This document shows, piece after piece, positions 31,171-40,704 of a stretch of 64,000 nucleotides of DNA. The stretch covers positions 576,001 to 640,000 of the forward strand of contig CP181291.1 in NCBI GenBank assembly GCA_052279835.1, read 5' to 3'. The notes beneath the pieces were generated by a model. The model did no database searches and was not told where the DNA came from. It saw only the letters and a list, made by a program, of their open reading frames with translations. The DNA comes from Microcoleus sp. GTDB lineage: Bacteria > Cyanobacteriota > Cyanobacteriia > Cyanobacteriales > Microcoleaceae. How positions within the stretch are numbered: the first letter of the stretch is position 1; every line of letters begins with the position of its first letter. Made by a program: the position numbers and the translations under genes.

Positions 31171-32310
31171 TTAAGCTCTTAGCTGAACAGGCATTACCAA
31201 GAAAGTAGCATTGACTCCGCCCAAAGGCTGAAAAATTACGGGGGCCAAAGCACCATTTAATTGCAGTTGAATTTCTGGGGATTGAGCCGTTTTCAAAATG
31301 TCAATTAAATACTTGACATTGAACGCGATATCTATGCTGTCTCCCGAAATTTGCGCGGGCATTGACTCTTTGCCACTACCGACATCTTTAGCATCTACCG
31401 ACAAAGTGATTTCCTGATTCACCGAGTCGATACTGCATTTGAGAATATTATTTTTTTGGTCTGCAAAAACAGCTATTCTTTCTACTGCGGATAAGAAAGC
31501 TCGCCTATCCATTGTAATTTGCCTCTCAAAGGAAGGCGGAATTAACTGGCGATAGGCTGGATACTGCCCTTCCAAGGTGCGAGTTGTCAACCGTTGGTCT
31601 GCCCATTCAAACACAACTTGACCGTGTTCAAAATGCAGGGTGACAGGTTCAGTCCACTGTCGCATGACTAGCATTCTTTCTACTTCCCGCAAGGCCTTAG
31701 CTGGAACTGTCACCTCAAATTCTTTTTCTGCTTCTTCCCCTTCGGGTTTTTCATTGGCAGTTTGAACTACTGCTAATCTGTGGCCGTCTGTAGCTGCAAA
31801 TTCTAGACAATCTTTTAGTACCTTTAAATGCACCCCTGCCAGTACCTGTTTTGCTTCGTCGGGGCTAGTAGCAAACAAAGTTCCTTTGAGTCCTTCAATT
31901 AAAGCTTCTGGGGGCAAATGGAGGATTGTGCCTCCTTCAATGGCGGGCAATTCTGGGAATTCTTCTGGGCCCATCCCTCTGACTTGGTAGCTGCCAGAAC
32001 TGCAAGTGAGATATGCTACGGTGTCTCCTGCTTCGTCTTCTAAAGTAATCTCTCCATCTGGGAGTCGGGAAACAATGTCGTTGAGTAATTTAGCGGGTAT
32101 GGTGAAACTTCCGCCACCTGTCACTGCTGCTGGAAAACTGGTACGGATGCCTAAACTTAGATCGAAAGCTGTCAAGCTAACCCGTTGATTTTCCTCATCC
32201 GCTACTAAGAGCACGTTGGCTAGTACGGGATGTGTCGGGCGAGAGGGAACGGCCCGGCTTACCAACGAGAGGTTGGCGTTGAGGTCACTTTGGGTGCAAA
32301 CCAATTTCAT
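31171..32310 (-). CDS. dnaN: DNA polymerase III beta clamp
   Basis: MKLVCTQSDL..NLSLVSRAV, ATDGHRLA, GQYP.Y, AFN.KYL, LVMPV; ATG 32310. Confidence 0.96.
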   Translation of the reverse strand: MKLVCTQSDLNANLSLVSRAVPSRPTHPVLANVLLVADEENQRVSLTAFDLSLGIRTSFPAAVTGGGSFTIPAKLLNDIVSRLPDGEITLEDEAGDTVAYLTCSSGSYQVRGMGPEEFPELPAIEGGTILHLPPEALIEGLKGTLFATSPDEAKQVLAGVHLKVLKDCLEFAATDGHRLAVVQTANEKPEGEEAEKEFEVTVPAKALREVERMLVMRQWTEPVTLHFEHGQVVFEWADQRLTTRTLEGQYPAYRQLIPPSFERQITMDRRAFLSAVERIAVFADQKNNILKCSIDSVNQEITLSVDAKDVGSGKESMPAQISGDSIDIAFNVKYLIDILKTAQSPEIQLQLNGALAPVIFQPLGGVNATFLVMPVQLRA

Positions 32311-32429
32311 GAGATGAAGGTTAATTAACCGGATTTGAGATAGAAACAAATCCTATCACAGAAAGTCGGTGGGGGAATCCCCAGGATTTTTAGCTTGGGG
32401 CTGGGGCTGGGTTTTCTGGAGGTGGGGTG

Positions 32430-32670
32430 TGTGGGGATAATGGTTTTAATTTTTTTGGTTAATTTTTTGGTCGATCGCACGGTGTAAACTGTGGAAAAAA
32501 TGCGAAAGGATTAGTGGATATACTTTTTTATTGATTATACCCTGTGGAAAACTTGTGGAAAAGTTGCTAAATAGTCGATCGCCCTTGCTGCGATCCGAAT
32601 TTTTATACAAGGAAACACTAATGTTTTCCACAAATTCAGGGTTCTTTGTCCACAGGTTTTTCCACAGCTA
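32430..32670. promoter_or_regulatory. oriC: Probable replication origin oriC with DnaA-box cluster
   Basis: TTTTCCACA on minus at 32490-98, 32543-51 and 32554-62, and on plus at 32624-32 and 32658-66; variants TTGTCCACA 32646-54 and TTATCCCCA 32432-40; AT-rich tract about 32443-32468; lies between dnaA and dnaN. Confidence 0.88.
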
Positions 32671-32763
32671 ATTAGAAGGAAGAACGTTGTTAGGGGAGGG
32701 GATAGGAGACCCAGAACCAGTCAACCAGGATCTAAAAAATAACCAACAACCAATAACTTCTGC

Positions 32764-34137
32764 TCAAATTTTACGGCTAATCGCGTTAATACGATCGCTC
32801 AATTGACGCAAGGTTTGAGACAAATTTGGGTCAGTGTTCCGCAACTGAGCAATTTTATCACAACTATAAAGCACAGTGGTATGGTCTTTACCGCCGAAAA
32901 CTTCACCAACTTTCGGCAAACTCAAACCAGTGTGTTGCCGAATTAAATACATACCTATTTGACGAGCAAAGCTAATTTCTCGCTTCCGAGAATTGCTTTT
33001 CAAATCTTCAACTGAGACCTCAAAAAAATCCGCAATTACTGCGATTACCGCATCGGGCTTTGCTTCTACACTTTCAGTTTGGGGATTCAAAACCGGGGCT
33101 ATATTTTCCACAGTCATCGGTAAATCGGTAATTGAAAGATAGGCGACGGCCCGAATCAAAGCTCCTTCTAATTCTCGGACATTGGAAGTATAGCTAGAAG
33201 CAATATATTCTATCACATCTCGCGGCAACCGCATATTTTCATATTCGGCTTTTTTCTGCAAAATGGCCATGCGTGTTTCCAAGTCTGGCAATTGAATATC
33301 GGCAATTAACCCCATGGAAAATCGCGAACATAAACGCTCTTGCAAACGGGGTATTTGTTGCGGGGGGCGATCGGAAGCTAAAACTACTTGATTGCCCGCT
33401 TCATGCAAAGTATTAAAAGTGTGAAAAAATTCTTCTTGAGTGTATTCTTTGCCTTCAATGAATTGAATATCATCTACTAATAAAACATCGGCTGCTCGAT
33501 AATGATCGCGGAAAGTTTGCATACTATCTTTGCGAATGGCTGCAATTAAATCGTTGGTAAATTTTTCAGTAGAAACATAGAAAATCTTGGCGTTAGGGTC
33601 AATTTCTAAGCGATAATGACCGATCGCCTGCATGAGATGAGTTTTGCCCAAACCGACACCGCCGCACAAAAATAGGGGATTGAATTCTCGGCCCGGAGAC
33701 TCGGCTACCGCTAGGGATGCTGCGTGAGCCATGCGGTTGTTGGAACCGACCACAAAACGGGAAAATAGGTATTTGGGGTTGAGATTGGCTGGTTTGGGAG
33801 GATGGAGGGAGTGGCTTTCGGAGACATCGGGGGCGATGGGAGATGGCCAAATCAGTCCTTGTCCGCCGTGGCCTTCGGTTTCATTCCCCCCAGCAATTGT
33901 CAAGTAAATGTCTACTTTATAGCCGAGAATGTCGTAGACTGCATCGGCGATGATTTTGACGTAATATTTCTGCAACCAATTGCGAGCAAAGGGGTTGGGA
34001 GTGCTGACGATCAAACAGTTATTTTCGAGTTGTTCGGCTTTGGCTGTTTTGATCCACGTCTCAAAACTAGGTCTGCTCAGTTGTACCTGGAGACGTTCAA
34101 GTATCTGATTCCACAGACTTTCGAGGGGAATTTCCAC
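32764..34137 (-). CDS. dnaA: Chromosomal replication initiator DnaA
   Basis: [43 protein letters not shown] start. Confidence 0.97.
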   Translation of the reverse strand: MEIPLESLWNQILERLQVQLSRPSFETWIKTAKAEQLENNCLIVSTPNPFARNWLQKYYVKIIADAVYDILGYKVDIYLTIAGGNETEGHGGQGLIWPSPIAPDVSESHSLHPPKPANLNPKYLFSRFVVGSNNRMAHAASLAVAESPGREFNPLFLCGGVGLGKTHLMQAIGHYRLEIDPNAKIFYVSTEKFTNDLIAAIRKDSMQTFRDHYRAADVLLVDDIQFIEGKEYTQEEFFHTFNTLHEAGNQVVLASDRPPQQIPRLQERLCSRFSMGLIADIQLPDLETRMAILQKKAEYENMRLPRDVIEYIASSYTSNVRELEGALIRAVAYLSITDLPMTVENIAPVLNPQTESVEAKPDAVIAVIADFFEVSVEDLKSNSRKREISFARQIGMYLIRQHTGLSLPKVGEVFGGKDHTTVLYSCDKIAQLRNTDPNLSQTLRQLSDRINAISRKI

Positions 34138-34479
34138 TGCTCACCTTTGCTGCTAGGCATTTATAGAGATCGAATTTTTGTTCTGGAAAACTCAGTTTAA
34201 TCGAATTGGCGATTTGGGAGGTTGATCGATCAACATTGTCTGTGGCCGGAGGATTGCAAAATGCTTGAATAATACATCGACATGATAAATCTTACCTTCT
34301 GGGGTAGTAAAGTTGCTTGCTTCCATCTCTCATCCCACCGCTAAATTGAGTACAATTATAGAACGGGACTTCCCGGCGGTATAGTTAATGGAGTCTGCCG
34401 ATCGCCCCAAAATTCTGTAAAATTCTGTGGCCACCAGGAGGCTCACGGTATCGGGAATCAGCTCTGCAAATATTTTGAT

Positions 34480-35745
34480 TTGGCAAAAAACCCTAAAAAC
34501 GTCGCGATGAAGAGTTCTACTGGCAAATTTTGGAAGCAACCGGCAATCTACATATTACTGCTGGTGACGGGAGCTGGGGCCGCCATGTTGGGCGATCGTC
34601 TGACGGCTTCCCGATTACCTGCAAATTCTGGCGCACCACCAAGGACGCTGGAACCGAAATTACAACTCCCTCTGAATACTAAGCCTCAAGCGGGCAAAGT
34701 CTTGCCGCCGAATTCCCTGTCGGGGAATCCCGCTAATGTCAATTTTATTGTGGCTGCGGTGCAAAAAGTTGGTCCGACAGTGGTGCGGATTGATGCTTCC
34801 CGCAAGGTGAAAGCGGGAAATCGAGGGCTCTCACCGGAGGATTTTTTTGGCTTAGATCCGAATTCAGGCGGCCGTGGCGGGGTTGAACGGGGTACTGGTT
34901 CGGGTTTTGTCATCGGTTCTGATGGCGTGATTCTCACTAACGCTCACGTTGTAGACGGCGCTGATACAGTAAGTGTAACTCTCAGGGACGGCCGCAGTTT
35001 TCAGGGGCGCGTGTTGGGGGCGGATGGGGTGACGGATGTGGCGGTGGTGAAGATTGAGGCGAATCAGGTGCCTGTGGTGACGATCGGCGATTCTGATAAA
35101 CTGCTGTCTGGGGAATGGGCGATCGCCATCGGTAATCCTTTGGGTTTGGACAATTCGGTGACAGCGGGGATTATTAGCGCTACGGGGCGATCGAGTACCG
35201 AGGTGGGCGTACCTGACAAGCGGATCGGTTTTATTCAAACAGACGCTGCGATTAATCCGGGGAATTCCGGTGGCCCACTGCTGAATTCTGCCGGGGAAGT
35301 GATCGGCATGAATACAGCGATTATTCAAGGTGCTCAAGGATTGGGGTTTGCAATTCCCATTAAGGCGGCTCAAGAAGTTGCGAAGGAACTGATTGCGACG
35401 GGCAAAGTCGAACACGCTTATTTGGGCATTGAAATGGCGACGCTAACTCCTGAAGTGAAGGAGCAAATTAATAAAAACGGTAACAGCAGCCTTCGAGTTA
35501 CAGTCGATCGGGGTGTGGCTATTATTAGTGTGGTGCCTGCTTCTCCCGCCGCTGCATCTGGTTTGCGGGCTGGAGATGTGATTCAAAAGATTAACAATCA
35601 GCCGATAATTCAGTCGGAAGCTGTTCAAGAATTCGTACAAAATACTAGGGTAGGTGGGATTTTGCAAATGGAGATTAATCGCAATGGCGAAATACTCAAA
35701 TTGAGTGTGAAACCAGGCAGTATGCCGGTGCAAAAAGTTCGATAA
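34480..35745 (+). CDS. hhoA: HtrA/Deg-family serine protease (HhoA/HhoB-like)
   Basis: [37 protein letters not shown]-terminal PDZ. Start could be ATG 34507; hhoA versus hhoB is unresolved. Confidence 0.85.
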   Translation: MAKNPKNVAMKSSTGKFWKQPAIYILLLVTGAGAAMLGDRLTASRLPANSGAPPRTLEPKLQLPLNTKPQAGKVLPPNSLSGNPANVNFIVAAVQKVGPTVVRIDASRKVKAGNRGLSPEDFFGLDPNSGGRGGVERGTGSGFVIGSDGVILTNAHVVDGADTVSVTLRDGRSFQGRVLGADGVTDVAVVKIEANQVPVVTIGDSDKLLSGEWAIAIGNPLGLDNSVTAGIISATGRSSTEVGVPDKRIGFIQTDAAINPGNSGGPLLNSAGEVIGMNTAIIQGAQGLGFAIPIKAAQEVAKELIATGKVEHAYLGIEMATLTPEVKEQINKNGNSSLRVTVDRGVAIISVVPASPAAASGLRAGDVIQKINNQPIIQSEAVQEFVQNTRVGGILQMEINRNGEILKLSVKPGSMPVQKVR

Positions 35746-35778
35746 TTATGTTCACAGTTGACATTAGGAATAATCACC

Positions 35779-35820
35779 AACAAAAAATAACAAATAACAA
35801 ATAACAAATAACAAATAACA
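35779..35820 (+). repeat. STRR heptamer array (ACAAATA)n
   Basis: Tandem heptamers immediately before the def start codon. Confidence 0.9.
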
Positions 35821-36354
35821 ATGACAGAAATATTACCAATTTCACAATTAGGAAATCCTGTGTTGCGCCACCGATCGCAATTTGTGGAGAATATTCAGGA
35901 CGAGCGCATTCAACAGTTGATTGACAACTTAATCTCTACAGTAAAACACGCCCACGGGGTGGGGATTGCAGCCCCTCAAGTCGCTAGGGGCGATCGGCTG
36001 TTCGTCGTCGCCTCCCGTCCCAATCAGCGGTATCCCCAAGCACCAACCATGGAACCCACAGCCATGATTAACCCTCGAATTATTGCGAGTTCAACAGAGA
36101 CAGTCAAAGACTGGGAAGGCTGTTTGAGTATTCCGGGGATACGGGGATTAGTGCCGAGAAGTCGATCGATTCAAATTGAATACACCAGTAGAGATGGCAA
36201 ACTCCATCAACAAGAATTGACAGATTTTGTGGCTAGGATTTTTCAGCACGAACAGGACCATTTAGATGGCATCGTGTTTTTAGACAGGGTGGAAAGCACC
36301 AAAGAACTGATGAGCGAAGATGAGTACCAAAAGCAATTTGTTAATTTACTTTAG
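35821..36354 (+). CDS. def: Peptide deformylase
   Basis: GVGIAAPQ, EGCLS, QHEQDHL.G. Confidence 0.95.
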   Translation: MTEILPISQLGNPVLRHRSQFVENIQDERIQQLIDNLISTVKHAHGVGIAAPQVARGDRLFVVASRPNQRYPQAPTMEPTAMINPRIIASSTETVKDWEGCLSIPGIRGLVPRSRSIQIEYTSRDGKLHQQELTDFVARIFQHEQDHLDGIVFLDRVESTKELMSEDEYQKQFVNLL

Positions 36355-36428
36355 CAGTACAAACCCGTCAGCACATTTGAGATTTACTCGTTTTTTGTAA
36401 CAGCGTCATTGAATCTATAACAAAGAGT

Positions 36429-36980
36429 ATGAATAGCGATCGACAACCTGCAAATCATCAACCACAAATTATTTTGATTACTGGGAACATGGCTGCTGGA
36501 AAATCAACAGTTGCCCAATCGCTTGCCGAAAGGTTGCCCAAAAGTGTTCACCTGCGCGGGGATATCTTTCGCCGCATGATTGTGAATGGGCAGGCGGAAA
36601 TGGCGTTAAATTTGTCAGCAGAGGCATATCAGCAACTTCAACTGCGCTATCATCTGGCAGCAATGGCAGCGCGACACTATCTTCAGGCTGGCTTTACGGT
36701 TGTGTATCAAGACATTATCATTGGTTCCGCACTCGCTGAGGTAATTGCCAGGTTTCATGATGTGCCGTTTTCTGCGATTGTTCTGTGTCCCCAGGCAGAG
36801 GTTGTAGCGGCACGGGATACAGCAAGAGCGAAGACGGGATATGCCAACGAAACAATGGTTTATGCATTCGATCGCATCCTCCGCACCGAAACTCCTCATC
36901 TCGGTTATTGGCTGGATTCAACCCATCTAACGGTTAAAGAAACGGTCGATCGGATTTTGGCTTCTTTGGAAGATGAATGA
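36429..36980 (+). CDS. Small P-loop kinase/phosphotransferase (AAA_33/CPT-like)
   Basis: ITGNMAAGKST Walker A, LRGD.FRRM, lid RD.AR.K.GY. Confidence 0.8.
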   Translation: MNSDRQPANHQPQIILITGNMAAGKSTVAQSLAERLPKSVHLRGDIFRRMIVNGQAEMALNLSAEAYQQLQLRYHLAAMAARHYLQAGFTVVYQDIIIGSALAEVIARFHDVPFSAIVLCPQAEVVAARDTARAKTGYANETMVYAFDRILRTETPHLGYWLDSTHLTVKETVDRILASLEDE

Positions 36981-37071
36981 GTGAGATAACGTCGCTATGT
37001 AGCGATCGCGCGATCGCTCCTAAATCAATCTTTTAAAGACAGGAAATATTATACTTGACATTTAAAATTTA

Positions 37072-37080
37072 TGGTATAAT
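37072..37080 (+). promoter_or_regulatory. Extended -10 promoter of the terD cluster
   Basis: TGgTATAAT, about 40 bp before ATG 37122 (RBS AGGAG). Confidence 0.55.
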
Positions 37081-37121
37081 TGTTAGCAGTAATATCAGAG
37101 ATGTTGCATACAGGAGAGCAA

Positions 37122-37694
37122 ATGTCTATCAACTTGGAAAAAGGCGGCAGAATCAATCTCTCTAAAGAAGCACCGGGGCTAAAAAGTGCTGGTATCGGTT
37201 TGGGATGGGATACCAATGCTACAGACACCGGTGCAGCATTTGATTTAGATGCTTCCGTGTTTATGTTAGGTGCCAATGCTAAAATTCCCAGCGAAAAATA
37301 CTTTGTTTTTTACAACAACAAAGAGTCACCAGACACTTCTGTAGTTCATCTGGGAGATAGCAGAACCGGAGAAGGATTTGGCGATGATGAAACAGTGACA
37401 GTCGATTTAACCAAAGTCGATCCGGCGGTGCTAGAAATTGTGTTTGTTGTCACCATCCACGAAGCGGAATCGAGGAGGCAAAACTTCGGCCAAGTGCGGA
37501 ATGCTTTTATCAGAATTTACGACACTACTACTAACACAGAAGTCACTAAGTACGATTTGGATGAGGATTTTTCTAGGGAGACTGCGGTGGAATTTGGCAG
37601 ACTTTACAAGAAAGATGGCGAGTGGAGGTTCCAAGCTGTCGGACAAGGCTACAATTCAGGTTTGCAGAGCTTTGTAGACAAGTATGCCGGATAA
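37122..37694 (+). CDS. terD: TerD-family stress protein
   Basis: GLGWD, FDLDAS, FVFYNN, GD.RTGEG.GDDE, NFGQV.NAFIR, GEWRFQAVGQG. Confidence 0.92.
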   Translation: MSINLEKGGRINLSKEAPGLKSAGIGLGWDTNATDTGAAFDLDASVFMLGANAKIPSEKYFVFYNNKESPDTSVVHLGDSRTGEGFGDDETVTVDLTKVDPAVLEIVFVVTIHEAESRRQNFGQVRNAFIRIYDTTTNTEVTKYDLDEDFSRETAVEFGRLYKKDGEWRFQAVGQGYNSGLQSFVDKYAG

Positions 37695-37793
37695 AAGGGC
37701 GATCGCATCCAGCTAAATAAATCAAGGGAAATTTGGGAAAAATCATGAAGATTTCCCTTGGTTATAGATGCTACTAATCACAGGATAAAGCTA

Positions 37794-39338
37794 ATGGGAG
37801 TTCAATTAAGTAAGGGCGAAAGATTTGATATTTTCCCCGACAATCCTAATTTACAAAAAGTCTCCTTTGCCCTAGGCTGGCAAATCAATGAAACTAAAGA
37901 CAACTTTGATATAGATGCTTCTGTATTCATGTTGGGCGCAGATGGCAAAATTCCCCAGGAAAGATATTTTGTCTTTTACAACAATCTGCGTTCCTTCGAT
38001 GACTCTGTGCACCACTTAGGAAATCACCAAACTGGGAAAAATCAAGGAGACAAAGAGACGATAAATGTAGATTTTCATAAAATAAGTCCAGGAATTCAGG
38101 AAATTATTTTTGTCGTCACTATTCATGAAGCACAGGCAAAAAATCAAAATTTTAGCCAAATCCAAAATGCTTTTATTAGACTTTACAATTCCGAAACCGA
38201 TAGCGAACTTGCTTGCTACAATCTTCAAGACAATTTTTCACGAGAGACAGCAGTCGAGTTTGGCAGGTTATATAAAAAAAACGGCAAGTGGAGGTTTCAG
38301 GCTGTTGGACAAGGATACAATGCTGGCTTGAAAAGTTTTGTAGATAAATATTATGTTGAGATTAAACAGGAAGATAATCAACCAGAAACTAACCTAAACA
38401 ATTCAGATGTTGATATCCCCGACTTAGCAATAAATGAATTAGCAGCTACTGAATTAAAAATTCCCGAAGTAGAGATTCCAGAATTAAAAATACCTGAATT
38501 AGCAATAACTGAATTAGCAACTCCCAAAGTTAGTAACAAAAATCAGAAAGCTATAGCCTTAGAAAAAAAACTGGAGGAAAAAGCGCCGCACATTTTCAAT
38601 CTAGTTAAGAAAGCCGATATCTCCCTCCAGAAAGCAAATCTCACCAATCATGATGCTAAGGTAGCGCTGTGCTTGGATATTTCTGTATCTATGTCTGCGC
38701 TGTACAGTGCGGGAAAAATTCAGCGTTTGGCTGAGAAAATTTTGGCTTTGGGATGTCGGTTTGATGACAACGCAGCGATCGATATATTTTTGTTTGGCAT
38801 CAACTCTTACTATGCGGGGGAAATGACGATCGAAAATTTTCCCAACTTCATCCATCATATACTGAAGCGATACCCTTTAGAAGGAGGTACTTACTATGGT
38901 AGAGTGATGCAGGAGATCAGAAATTTCTATTTTCCCGACTCTCGCGATGGTAGTCGCTACGCACCTATTAGCGCCGATAAACCTGTGTATGTGATGTTTG
39001 TCACTGATGGAGCTACTACGGACGAGTCGGCAACCAAACAACAGCTACAATGGTCATCTTATGAGGCTCTATTTTGGCAGTTTATGGCGATCGGCAAATC
39101 GCAAAAAGATGTCAAACGTAAGGGTGTGGGCGGCTGGTTTTCTAGGGCTACAGCCAGCGATTTTAGCTTTTTAGAGCAACTTGATGAAATGGGCGATCGC
39201 CACCTAGACAACGCCGATTTCTTCAGTGTAGAAGACCCCGAAAGTATTGCCGACGAGGAATTATACGATTTGCTGACAACAGAATATCCCAACTGGGTAA
39301 AATCAGCACGACTCAAAAATCTCTTACCCTATAGTTAG
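37794..39338 (+). CDS. TerD-vWA (TerF-like) fusion protein
   Basis: TerD domain, repetitive linker, then vWA with LDIS.SM, GGTYY, FVTDG, WQF.AIG and DNADFF. Confidence 0.88.
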   Translation: MGVQLSKGERFDIFPDNPNLQKVSFALGWQINETKDNFDIDASVFMLGADGKIPQERYFVFYNNLRSFDDSVHHLGNHQTGKNQGDKETINVDFHKISPGIQEIIFVVTIHEAQAKNQNFSQIQNAFIRLYNSETDSELACYNLQDNFSRETAVEFGRLYKKNGKWRFQAVGQGYNAGLKSFVDKYYVEIKQEDNQPETNLNNSDVDIPDLAINELAATELKIPEVEIPELKIPELAITELATPKVSNKNQKAIALEKKLEEKAPHIFNLVKKADISLQKANLTNHDAKVALCLDISVSMSALYSAGKIQRLAEKILALGCRFDDNAAIDIFLFGINSYYAGEMTIENFPNFIHHILKRYPLEGGTYYGRVMQEIRNFYFPDSRDGSRYAPISADKPVYVMFVTDGATTDESATKQQLQWSSYEALFWQFMAIGKSQKDVKRKGVGGWFSRATASDFSFLEQLDEMGDRHLDNADFFSVEDPESIADEELYDLLTTEYPNWVKSARLKNLLPYS

Positions 39339-39412
39339 CCCTCACAGGCTAATCAAATCTCCTGCTGGACAATCTTGAAACTTGACTGTTACCTTAACCA
39401 AATCACAAAACT

Positions 39413-40012
39413 ATGGCTATCAACTTGACCAAAGGACAATCAATCGTTCTCAGCAAAAGCGAATACGATTTATCCAGGCTGACAATGGCTTTGGGATGGG
39501 ATGTGTCGAAAGCTAGCAAAGGTCTTTTCGGTAGAAGCAGCGGGGCAAATTTCGACTTAGATTCCTACGCTCTTTTATTAGGAGAGAACGGTAAATTAAA
39601 GAACTACAAAGACGACGTAATCTATTACGGTCATTTGGAATCAAAGGATAAAACAGTTGTTCACTCCGGCGACAATCTCACCGGGGCAGGAGATGGGGAC
39701 GACGAACAAATAGTTGTCAAATTGAATGCTTTACCCCAAGAATATCACAAAATAGTTTTGGGAGTGAATATTTATGATGCTAAGGATAGAAAACAGCATT
39801 TTGGCATGATAGAAAATGCTTTTGTGAGAGCCTTGGATGCGACTGGGAAAGAAATTGCTCGCTATCGTTTGTCAAATGACCCTTCCTATGAGGGCAAATT
39901 AAATATGTTAATGGGAGAAGTTTATCGAGAAGGTAGCGAGTGGAAGTTTAAGGCTATGGGAAATCCTTTGGCTGAGGATATGAACGGTGTTGTCGGTTCG
40001 TTTATGCGGTGA
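39413..40012 (+). CDS. TerD-family protein (TerZ/TerD-like)
   Basis: MAINLTKGQ, LGWD, DLDS, HSGDNLTGAGDGDDEQI, EWKFKAMG. Confidence 0.9.
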   Translation: MAINLTKGQSIVLSKSEYDLSRLTMALGWDVSKASKGLFGRSSGANFDLDSYALLLGENGKLKNYKDDVIYYGHLESKDKTVVHSGDNLTGAGDGDDEQIVVKLNALPQEYHKIVLGVNIYDAKDRKQHFGMIENAFVRALDATGKEIARYRLSNDPSYEGKLNMLMGEVYREGSEWKFKAMGNPLAEDMNGVVGSFMR

Positions 40013-40125
40013 GATCAAATCTGTTAAATCCCATAATTGTAGGGGCAGGTTTCACCAAAAATATCAGCCAATAATTGACGATATAAATAAACCCGCCCCC
40101 GCCCAACGATAAATCCCATAATTGT

Positions 40126-40262
40126 AGATACTGTCCAGTTTAGGTGTGCCTGTCATCAGTAATGTCCGCTTATCTACACAACAGACTTGTTTAGTCTAAG
40201 GGGCGGGCCAACTTCACCGATTTCTGATGTCCTTGAAAAACACTTTCTGCTGTTACAGAACC
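40126..40262 (-). ncRNA. Putative truncated bridge RNA: 5' hairpin, target-binding loop and left donor guide
   Basis: Minus strand order: TTCTG-N6-CAGAA hairpin, CATCAG, CCCGCCCCT (matches left target), TAGACT-AAACA-AGTCTG hairpin, TTGTGTAG (pairs with right target), AGCGGAC, CTGATG, TAAACTGG-ACAGTATCT. Confidence 0.72.
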
Positions 40263-40300
40263 ATTTGTACGAAACTTTCCTTGTTTCTTTAGATTCGCTT

Positions 40301-40483
40301 TGCTTAGAGGTACGATCGACTGCTTAGAGGTACGATCGACTGCTTAGAGGTACAATCGACTGGTTGTCGGTACGATCGACTGATGATCGGCTCGATCGAC
40401 TGATGATCGGCTCGATCGCCTGATTGTCGGCTCGATCGCCTGATTGTCGGTATGATTAAATCTATGACGTGGCGATCGACTGA
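40301..40483. repeat. 20-bp tandem array (about 9 units) with CGATCG core
   Basis: Units drift from TGCTTAGAGGTACGATCGAC through TGATGATCGGCTCGATCGAC to TGATTGTCGGCTCGATCGCC. Confidence 0.93.
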
Positions 40484-40704
40484 TTCACTCTTTTAAGATA
40501 CAAGGGGCGGGTTTCACCAAAAATATCAGCCAATAATTGATAATTTAAATAAACCCGCCCCCGCCCAACGGTAAATCCCTACAAGATTTACCAATCAATC
40601 TTTAACAGTCAAGCCCGATGTAGGTTATTTGTGGGTGGGGGCGGGTTTATAGAGATTGTTTGTTTGAGTTAGATATTGTTGGTAAAACCCGCCCCTACAA
40701 GATT

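Larger units (their letters stand above)
40126..40504 (-). mobile_element. Non-autonomous IS110 (IS621-like) mini element inserted at a CT core in a REP
   Basis: Removing 377 bp restores the REP ATTGTAGGGGCGGGTTTCACC. The core (AG on plus, CT on minus) occurs at both ends. The joined ends read ACAGTAT-CT-TGTAT. No ORF of 60 aa or more. Confidence 0.82.
40025..40700. repeat. Cluster of GTAG-type REP hairpins: two ~85-bp direct units plus one inverted unit
   Basis: TGTAGGGGCRGGTTT...AAACCCGCCCC at 40038-40100; second unit split (40110-40127 and 40503-40579); inverted unit ends CCCGCCCCTACAA at 40688-40700. Confidence 0.85.

Noticed and set aside
37055..37080. Perfect TTGACA/TATAAT promoter
   Set aside because: The spacer is only 14 bp; only the extended -10 was kept.
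40135..40165. Hammerhead ribozyme (CTGATGA on minus)
   Set aside because: The GAAA core after stem II is missing; CTGATG is better explained as the closing stem of the target loop.
40126..40210. Tn7-like or IS3-like terminal repeats
   Set aside because: No inverted partner end and no 3-5-bp target duplication; the 2-bp core and guide matches fit IS110 better.
40301..40483. CRISPR array
   Set aside because: Units are contiguous 20-mers with no unique spacers, and there are no cas genes.
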